Below are positions 6,886-12,457 of a stretch of DNA of 12,457 nucleotides, piece by piece. The position numbers and the translations under genes are program-made. The notes under the pieces are model-generated. The model had not been told where the DNA came from and did no database searches. It saw only the letters and a list, made by a program, of their open reading frames with translations. The stretch comes from Armatimonadota bacterium (GTDB lineage: Bacteria > Armatimonadota > Armatimonadia > Armatimonadales > Armatimonadaceae): positions 1-12,457 of the forward strand of contig JAYUUO010000130.1 of NCBI GenBank assembly GCA_043754515.1, given 5' to 3'. Each line of letters begins with the position of its first letter. Position 1 is the first letter of the stretch.

Positions 6886-7958
6886 CCGTTGTCACCGCGC
6901 TCCCGAAGCCGGGGACGCGCACTGTCTGGTTCTCGCCCGAAAATCCGGACGGGGCGCGCGGCGGTGGGGGGCTTACCGGAGGGGGGCGCAAGGGACGCCC
7001 GTGCGTCACGGTTCCCGCCGGAGACTCCCTTACTCTCGCCGAATGTGCGACCGGCGTCTCAGGCACGGTACGTCGCGTGTGGCTGACCTTCCCTGATCGC
7101 ACTCCCGAAATGCTACGCGGGGTCGTTATAGAGGCGTGGTGGGACGGATCCGCCAAACCCGCCATCTCCGCGCCGCTCGGGGACTTCTTCGGACACATGT
7201 GTGGGCGTATGTCGGCATTCGAGTCGGTGTACTTCGGCTCGCCGGAAGCGCGTTCGTTCTGGACGATCCTGCCGATGCCGTTCCGCGATGGGATGCGCCT
7301 GCGCCTTGCGAACACCACCGAACGCGATCTACACCAACTCTACTACGAGGTAGACTGCACGACGGGCGAGCCGCGTGACGCCGATACGGGCTACATCCAC
7401 GCCGTCGCCCGCCGCGAAAACCCGACCACGCTCCGGCGCGACTTCGAGATCCTGCCGACCATCACCGGGCACGGGCGGTTCCTCGGGGCACATATCGGCG
7501 TCGAGGTGGACGGGGTGCGCTACGGCAAGACCTGGTGGGGCGAGGGCGAATTAAAGATTTACCTGGACGGCGATCATGCCAACCCGTCGCTCGTCGGCAC
7601 CGGCACCGAGGATTACCTCGGCACGGGGTGGGGGCAGGGGCGGTTCGCGGGCTTGTACGCGGGCGCGCCGCTCGAAGACGACGCGGCGCGGGCGTACGGG
7701 TTCTACCGCTGGCACGTCCCCGACCCGGTCTACTTCCACGAGTCGTTGCGGGTAACGATTCAGCAGATAGGGCACTGCTTCGGCGAGAACCGCGTCTGGC
7801 TCCGTGAGCGCGCGGCGGCAACCGGCGAGCCGGTATATGTCGCGGGTGCCGAACCGGTCGTCGCTGACCTTTCGGACGCCGGTTCGCCGGACGGCGTGCT
7901 GTTCGAGCGGCAGGACGACTGGTCGTCGGTCGCGTACTTCCTGCTGGACAGGCCGTGA
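6882..7958 (+). CDS. Glycoside hydrolase family 172 (DUF2961) protein; start at GTG 6882
   Basis: SPENPDG, APLGDFFG, PMPF, WWGEGELKIYLDGD, GTGTEDY (the two catalytic Glu motifs of GH172), FYRWHVPDPVYF, LRVTIQQIG, DDWSSVAYF. The ORF-track extension to 6672 overlaps the membrane-protein gene. Confidence 0.88.
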   Translation: MTVVTALPKPGTRTVWFSPENPDGARGGGGLTGGGRKGRPCVTVPAGDSLTLAECATGVSGTVRRVWLTFPDRTPEMLRGVVIEAWWDGSAKPAISAPLGDFFGHMCGRMSAFESVYFGSPEARSFWTILPMPFRDGMRLRLANTTERDLHQLYYEVDCTTGEPRDADTGYIHAVARRENPTTLRRDFEILPTITGHGRFLGAHIGVEVDGVRYGKTWWGEGELKIYLDGDHANPSLVGTGTEDYLGTGWGQGRFAGLYAGAPLEDDAARAYGFYRWHVPDPVYFHESLRVTIQQIGHCFGENRVWLRERAAATGEPVYVAGAEPVVADLSDAGSPDGVLFERQDDWSSVAYFLLDRP

Positions 7959-8022
7959 TCCACTCGACGCTCACATGAAGGGTTAAGAAGGAGATTATCG
8001 GTGGATTCAACACGCGGGGCGC

Positions 8023-8042
8023 GGCGGTGGTAAAATACCGCC
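8023..8042 (+). promoter_or_regulatory. Putative -10 box TAAAAT (8031-8036) inside the inverted repeat GGCGGT-N8-ACCGCC
   Basis: Read directly. Followed by an AAGGAG RBS at 8080-8085. Confidence 0.4.
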
Positions 8043-8087
8043 AGCCAAAGAAGCCGCGCCTCTACCCTGATTGGCGAACAAGGAGTG

Positions 8088-8562
8088 ATGGCCGTGCATA
8101 AACTGCTGTCACGTCTTGCTGATAGCTAGCGTCTCACGATCCAGGAAAGTGGGGACGAGTAACTATCGGCTTCCCCTCAATAAATCGCAGGGCCTGGATT
8201 TTGGTGCCCCATACGGAGGTCTGGAAGTTGCCACTGGCCCGACACCGGTGGGCTATGGATACGGTGACTCACCCAGCGATGTTTTCATACGGCCCATCGC
8301 AGGCGCACAAGTCACTCTGGAGCAGTTGAGTATCACCGACAGCTTTCAGGCATACCTGATGTTCAAGTCAAGTAGCGCGGGTGCCGAGTGGGTGCCCCTC
8401 AGTCTCATGACCTGGGGGTGGAGCGCAACCGCCCTGCGAAGTGACCCCAACGCGTATCCCAACGGTCAGACGCCCGGTGGCGATAAAATAGGTGTCGCTA
8501 CCAGCACGTGCCCCAGCTGGAATACGGTGGTTGCACCAAACTCCCCTTGGGAATCCTTTTAA
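8088..8562 (+). pseudogene. Probable frameshifted or internally deleted gene, retaining a beta-rich C-terminal domain (ORF 8116-8562)
   Basis: The RBS-linked ATG 8088/GTG 8094 frame stops at TAG 8127-8129. The long frame is shifted by +1, has only a TTG start without its own RBS, and is closed upstream by TGA 8086-8088. DSPSD...DSFQAYLMFK...WVPLSLMTWGW looks like real protein. Confidence 0.45.
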
Positions 8563-8608
8563 CACTTTCCGACATTATCGAACTATATAGACGAGAGGAA
8601 CGACCCCT

Positions 8609-9730
8609 ATGTATCCGCATTATCTACGCAACTTACAAATCGCGGCGGCGATATCCCTGCTCTCCGTCCCGAGCGCGCGGGCGCAAAACGTCGTGGAGGC
8701 CCCACGACAGGACGCCGTGACATCGCCCAGCAAGGTGGCACCACTGGATTGGTCATATCTGAAGTATATGAAGCGCCCCGACGTCCTGGCGGCGAAGAAA
8801 CTCTTCGGCGAGCGTCGGGATGCCCTCATAGCCGAGGCGCGCGGCTACTTTCGGGGTGGCGACTACGCCCGAGCCGCCGCGACGTACGCGGCGGCGGAGC
8901 GCATCCAACTTGAGTTGCCGGATTGGCCACTTGACCCGCCCGGACCATGGTTGCTGGAGCACGAGTCGGTCGAGTGGGGCGACGCGTTGGCACTTTTAGG
9001 CAGAACAGACGAGGCAATTAAGCAGTATCGGAAGGTGGTCTACGGAAAGCTCCCGCTAAGTATGTGGCAACCCAACGACGAACTTTCACCCATCGCCAAC
9101 CTGCCGCCTGGCGCGACGGACATTGAGGACGCGCGTGTACGATTCAGGAGCGAGTGTGTCTCCGTCTGGGTAGCTAACGAGCGTACCATCCTGTCCCGTT
9201 ACGCGCTGCTTCTGGCAACGGTGAAGGAATACAGCGAGGCACTCGTGGTTTACGAGCGGGCCAGGAACTGTCACGAAGACAGCTCTTACCAGGCCGCGTT
9301 AAGTATGGGGAATATGTCCCCCACTAACTTCGACCCGCGCCGGTTCGCGGCGGGGGCTCGTACGCTGTTCAGCCGAGGAGCTGTAGCATCATCACACTCA
9401 CAGGCCAACATGACTGCCCAGAGCCTGAACGTGATGTTTTTCCGCCGTACTGAAGGGATCTCCCCATACTACGAATATTACACGGAGGCCGAGGCGCGCT
9501 CGATCCAGCGAACAGAACTGAGCAAGGCACTAGGTGTAATGCCGGGGTACGCGCCCGCGTTGGTAGCCTACGCCGAGGAGGTAGCCCAGCAGGGCAAAGC
9601 GGCTTCGGAAGAGGAGCGGCGTAGGGCGCGGCAATACCTCGTGGATGCGGAAGTCTGTGCGCGTGGCAAGGCGCAGCACGAACTCGTTCAACAACGGGGT
9701 GCCTATATCAGGGACTACCTCCGATTGTAA
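8609..9730 (+). CDS. Secreted alpha-helical, TPR-like hypothetical protein
   Basis: Sec-type signal peptide ending SARA-QN. TPR-like segments: EARGYFRGGDYARAAATY, WGDALALLGRTDEAIKQYRK, YALLLATVKEYSEALVVYERA, KALGVMPGYAPALVAYAE. GAGGA RBS upstream. Confidence 0.72.
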   Translation: MYPHYLRNLQIAAAISLLSVPSARAQNVVEAPRQDAVTSPSKVAPLDWSYLKYMKRPDVLAAKKLFGERRDALIAEARGYFRGGDYARAAATYAAAERIQLELPDWPLDPPGPWLLEHESVEWGDALALLGRTDEAIKQYRKVVYGKLPLSMWQPNDELSPIANLPPGATDIEDARVRFRSECVSVWVANERTILSRYALLLATVKEYSEALVVYERARNCHEDSSYQAALSMGNMSPTNFDPRRFAAGARTLFSRGAVASSHSQANMTAQSLNVMFFRRTEGISPYYEYYTEAEARSIQRTELSKALGVMPGYAPALVAYAEEVAQQGKAASEEERRRARQYLVDAEVCARGKAQHELVQQRGAYIRDYLRL

Positions 9731-9841
9731 AATGGGGCATGATCGGTGAGGCGAACACCCTGCCCTCCCGCCCTACCCCCGAAAAAAGGCGCGTGTTCCC
9801 GGTCAGGCAGGGGACGCGGTACAATTCACGCGGGGTCGTTT

Positions 9842-10423
9842 ATGTCAACGGAAATATTCGGTAGCGTGGAGGTGTGGAGTCGCTCGCTGTGGCACTGGCT
9901 GGAAGTGATTGACGCCGGGCTACTTCTGGGGCGCGACGAGGCGGCGTTCGCGTCGCTGTTCGGGGTGGGGGATGCTGACGCGGGGTTCACACCGGTCGCG
10001 GCGCGGCGCGGGTTGCCCCCGGACGCGTCGCCCGCCGTGAGGCAATGGAGCGAGCCGCGCCGCTCCGACGACTTCCCGGACGGTTTTTTCGGTCACTCGT
10101 TTGTTACCTGCGCGGAACTCGCGGCGGCGGATTGGGCGGAAACGCGTCCCGACCCTTACGTACATTGCTACGGACGCTCGGACGCGACGCGCGAGTGGGT
10201 CAAGTTCGGCACCTTCCGCCCGGAGCCGCCGCACGGGAGGCGACCCGGCGACGCGTGGCGCGAGGACGACGTCGAGTGCCGCGTCCGCGCCATCACCCGC
10301 GAGGAAACGCTCGGTGCCGATTTCCGCCTGGTTTACGATCTTATGATCCGCCTCGCCGAGCGGTACGGCGACGAACACGTCCGCTTGGTTGTCTGGTTCC
10401 GCGCGGTTGATCGGCGCGTTTAA
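9842..10423 (+). CDS. Conserved hypothetical protein (RGLPxDxS...HS...EL...DW...RLVVWF family); start at ATG 9842
   Basis: Motif string MSTEIFGSVE, FASLFGV, PVAARRGLPPDAS, GHSFVTCAELAAADW, LAERYGDEHVRLVVWF resembles an uncharacterised bacterial/phage family (recalled, not searched). cggTACAAT -10-like box at 9820-9825. Confidence 0.7.
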   Translation: MSTEIFGSVEVWSRSLWHWLEVIDAGLLLGRDEAAFASLFGVGDADAGFTPVAARRGLPPDASPAVRQWSEPRRSDDFPDGFFGHSFVTCAELAAADWAETRPDPYVHCYGRSDATREWVKFGTFRPEPPHGRRPGDAWREDDVECRVRAITREETLGADFRLVYDLMIRLAERYGDEHVRLVVWFRAVDRRV

Positions 10424-10518
10424 TTATCTGCCAGGCAACGGTAGCGGCGTAAAATCCGGTATAATGAAGCGACTTGCGGGCTGAGGTTGCCCGCGTCACT
10501 TAAGGAGCAACAGAGCTG

Positions 10519-10905
10519 TTGGAAACTTCGATGTATCATGTCTTCGCGGGACCCGTCCCGCTCCCCTCGGATCGTATCGAGCCGGTAGGCCGCACCCTCA
10601 TGCTACGCGCGAGCGGGCCGCTGGATTGCAACAGCGTGCTGTGCCGAACCGCGCCCGCCGTGATTGCCGCCCGCGCCTGTAGCGAACATTCGCGCGTCGT
10701 GGTGCTCGACGCCTACCCGACGGAGTACGCCGACAGTGACGGTCTTCGGTGGCTACTCGCCCTGCGTACCGCCCTCGCCGCGTCCGCGATGCCGCTTCAC
10801 GTCGTCGCCCGCCCCGCGAGCCGGGTTCGCCGCAACCTCGACCTGCTCCGCGCCGATTTATCGCTCTACGACACCGTGCAGGACGCGCTGAAGCCAGGCG
10901 GGTAG
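10519..10905 (+). CDS. Stand-alone STAS-domain protein (anti-sigma-factor-antagonist-like)
   Basis: LRASGPLD, VVVLD, EYADSDGLRWLL (cf. YMDSTGL/FMDSSGL of RsbV/SpoIIAA), RVRRNLDL, LYDTVQDAL. TATAAT at 10460-10465 and TAAGGAG RBS at 10501-10507. Start is TTG 10519 or ATG 10531. Confidence 0.78.
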   Translation: METSMYHVFAGPVPLPSDRIEPVGRTLMLRASGPLDCNSVLCRTAPAVIAARACSEHSRVVVLDAYPTEYADSDGLRWLLALRTALAASAMPLHVVARPASRVRRNLDLLRADLSLYDTVQDALKPGG

Positions 10906-10921
10906 GGGCGGCACCCCGGCA

Positions 10922-11100
10922 CGTAGGGCGATTTGGCACGCGGTATTGCGCCCCCGTGGTCACGCGGTCGCTGTATTGCCTCCCCCGCGTTGCCACGCGG
11001 GTCTTCGACCCACGTCTATAGGCTCCTTCGGAACCGTCCGTCCTTCGGACGCTAGAGGAACCTATTTAATCCCCGGCGCGATGTCCCGGCGACCCCCACG
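10922..11100 (-). ncRNA. Candidate structured non-coding element of unknown family
   Basis: Dense hairpins, three with C-GAA-G loops on the minus strand. A 10-bp stem and an end-to-end stem are fully paired (with G-U) only on the minus strand. cggTATTTT -10-like box at 11113-11108 on the minus strand. Confidence 0.3.
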
Positions 11101-11117
11101 ATGTGACAAAATACCGA

Positions 11118-11145
11118 TTGCGTTCGGGCACACAGGCTGTATAAT
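11118..11145 (+). promoter_or_regulatory. Sigma70-type promoter TTGCGT-N16-TATAAT for the caspase-like gene
   Basis: TTGCGT at 11118-11123 and TATAAT at 11140-11145. The -10 box lies between 9-bp inverted arms CGGGCACAC (11125-11133) and GTGTGCCCG (11152-11160). Confidence 0.55.
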
Positions 11146-11156
11146 TCTGGCGTGTG

Positions 11157-11178
11157 CCCGGCGGTTTCAACCGCCGGG
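11157..11178. repeat. REP-like hairpin, copy 2 (CCCGGCGGTT-TC-AACCGCCGGG)
   Basis: Perfect 10-bp inverted repeat. Core GGTTTCAACC is shared with 2713-2722. Confidence 0.5.
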
Positions 11179-11237
11179 GAGACAGAGACCGCGAACCCGA
11201 CCGAACCTGACTGCCCTGCCGCCGAAAGATCCCCCGC

Positions 11238-12457
11238 ATGACTGCCGCCCGCTGCCTCGCCGTAATACTATCTACCACCGCCGCGTGCCTCGCCGCCGGG
11301 ACTCTCGCCCTCCCCGCCCGCGCGCAGTCGCCGGGCAAGACCTGGATCGAGAAGGCCGCCGCGCCGTCGCCGGTCGCGGGCCAGAAGCGGCTCGCCCTGA
11401 TCCTGGGCAACACGCACTACGGCGGGGCGCACGAACTCAAGAACCCCGAGAACGATGCCAAGGCGATAGCGGCCGCGCTGGGCAAGTTGGGTTTCGTTTC
11501 CACCGTGCTTTTAGACGGCTCGCGGGAGCAGATGCGCGACGCGGTGAACGCGTTCGCCGGACAGATCAGTGACGCCGGGGAGGCGGCGGTCGCGCTGATC
11601 TACTACTCCGGGCACGGGATGCAGGTCGGCGGCGAAAACTACCTGATCCCGGTCGGCTTCAAGATGCCCACTCAACAATCCGACATCGGCGACTACGCGC
11701 TGTCGGCGCAGAAGGCTCTCGACAAGATGCAGAGCGCGAAGGCCCAGGTCAACATCGCGATCCTGGACGCGTGCCGGGACAACCCGTTCGAGGGGAGCCG
11801 CTCGCTCGGGGGGCGGGGCCTTGCGAAGCTGGAAACGCAGGGGATTCTGATCGCGTATGCGACGGCGGCGGGGCGCACGGCGGACGACAACGCGGGGGAC
11901 AAAAACGGATTGTACACGAAGTCGCTACTGAAGTTCCTGGGGAAGCCAGGGATGAAGTTGTACGACATGTTCAAGAACACGTCGAACGCGGTATATGAGG
12001 CGAGCAAGCATGAGCAGGTTCCTTACGTGTACGACGGCTTGATCGGCGTGGTGGACTTCTACCTGATGCCGGGTAACGCTTCGACCGTGGAAGTCGCGAA
12101 CGCGAGCGTGCTGGACACGAAGGCGCGGCTGACGATCACGACGAACGTGTCGGGGGCGACGGTGATGGTGAATGACGCGCCGGTGGCGGACGGCGAGTAC
12201 GCGGTGGACCTGGGGCTGAGCCGGGAGAAGACGGTGGAGGTAGGTATCGCGGCGGACGGCTACGTGGCGTCGGTACAGACGGTGAAGTTGCTACGCGGCA
12301 AGACGGTGACGCTACCGGTGGTGCTGGCGGCGTTGCCCCCCAAGCCGGTCGCTCCAGTCGCGGCGGCTGTTGTTGATTCGGTGTCGTCGGGGCGGTTCAC
12401 GCCGCCGCTGACGCTTGCGCGGTACAAGGCACAGATGGTGCGCATCCCGGCGGGCGC
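11238..12457 (+). CDS. Secreted caspase-family (peptidase C14) protein with a PEGA-like domain and the probable start of an FGE-sulfatase/SUMF1 domain; 3'-partial
   Basis: Translated by hand (absent from the ORF track; no stop in the window). Signal peptide ending PARA-QS; KRLALILGNTHY..LKNPENDA; YYSGHG (His codon 11613); ILDACRDNPF (Cys codon 11772); IAYATAAG; QVPY; then ARLTITTNVSGATVMVND..ADGY (PEGA-like), a Pro/Ala linker, and MVRIPAG at the window edge. Confidence 0.9.
   Translation, partial: MTAARCLAVILSTTAACLAAGTLALPARAQSPGKTWIEKAAAPSPVAGQKRLALILGNTHYGGAHELKNPENDAKAIAAALGKLGFVSTVLLDGSREQMRDAVNAFAGQISDAGEAAVALIYYSGHGMQVGGENYLIPVGFKMPTQQSDIGDYALSAQKALDKMQSAKAQVNIAILDACRDNPFEGSRSLGGRGLAKLETQGILIAYATAAGRTADDNAGDKNGLYTKSLLKFLGKPGMKLYDMFKNTSNAVYEASKHEQVPYVYDGLIGVVDFYLMPGNASTVEVANASVLDTKARLTITTNVSGATVMVNDAPVADGEYAVDLGLSREKTVEVGIAADGYVASVQTVKLLRGKTVTLPVVLAALPPKPVAPVAAAVVDSVSSGRFTPPLTLARYKAQMVRIPAG

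Noticed and set aside
8011..9835. CACGCGGGG at 8011-8019 and 9827-9835 as a target-site duplication around the low-GC cassette
   Set aside because: Only 9 bp and GC-rich. CACGCGG recurs several times elsewhere in the window, and there is no integrase or transposase.
10902..10930. GTAGGGGCG and GTAGGGCG as GTAG-type REP elements
   Set aside because: Neither is followed by a clean palindrome, and the first overlaps the STAS stop codon. At most they are decayed remnants.
10946..11572. 208-aa plus-strand ORF and the many other Arg/Pro/Ala-rich overlapping ORFs in the track
   Set aside because: Shadow frames of GC-rich genes with no motifs. The real gene here starts at 11238 in another frame.

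Overview
A GC-rich bacterial chromosomal window; the gene mix suggests a terrestrial lineage such as Armatimonadota, but that is only a guess. From left to right it holds: two tandem M50 site-2 protease genes and trpS, closed by a perfect 21-bp bidirectional terminator; a minus-strand three-gene cluster (LEA-like/DUF883-like protein, holin-superfamily membrane protein, DUF3618 protein) preceded by an exact SigB/SigF-type promoter (GTTTAA-N13-GGGTAT); a divergent, probably leaderless DUF429 RNase H-like nuclease gene; a small membrane protein coupled to a GH172 (DUF2961) glycosidase; a lower-GC segment with an apparently decayed gene and a secreted TPR-like protein; a conserved hypothetical protein; a stand-alone STAS anti-anti-sigma-like protein; a hairpin-rich intergenic region of about 200 nt (candidate ncRNA); and a secreted caspase-like protein (C14-PEGA-probable FGE/SUMF1) that runs off the right edge and is missing from the ORF track. 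No CRISPR array, tRNA, rRNA or transposase was seen. The most notable signals are the SigB-type promoter on the LEA/holin/DUF3618 operon, a rearranged Fe-S cysteine motif in TrpRS, the candidate structured RNA, and the low-GC gene pair.
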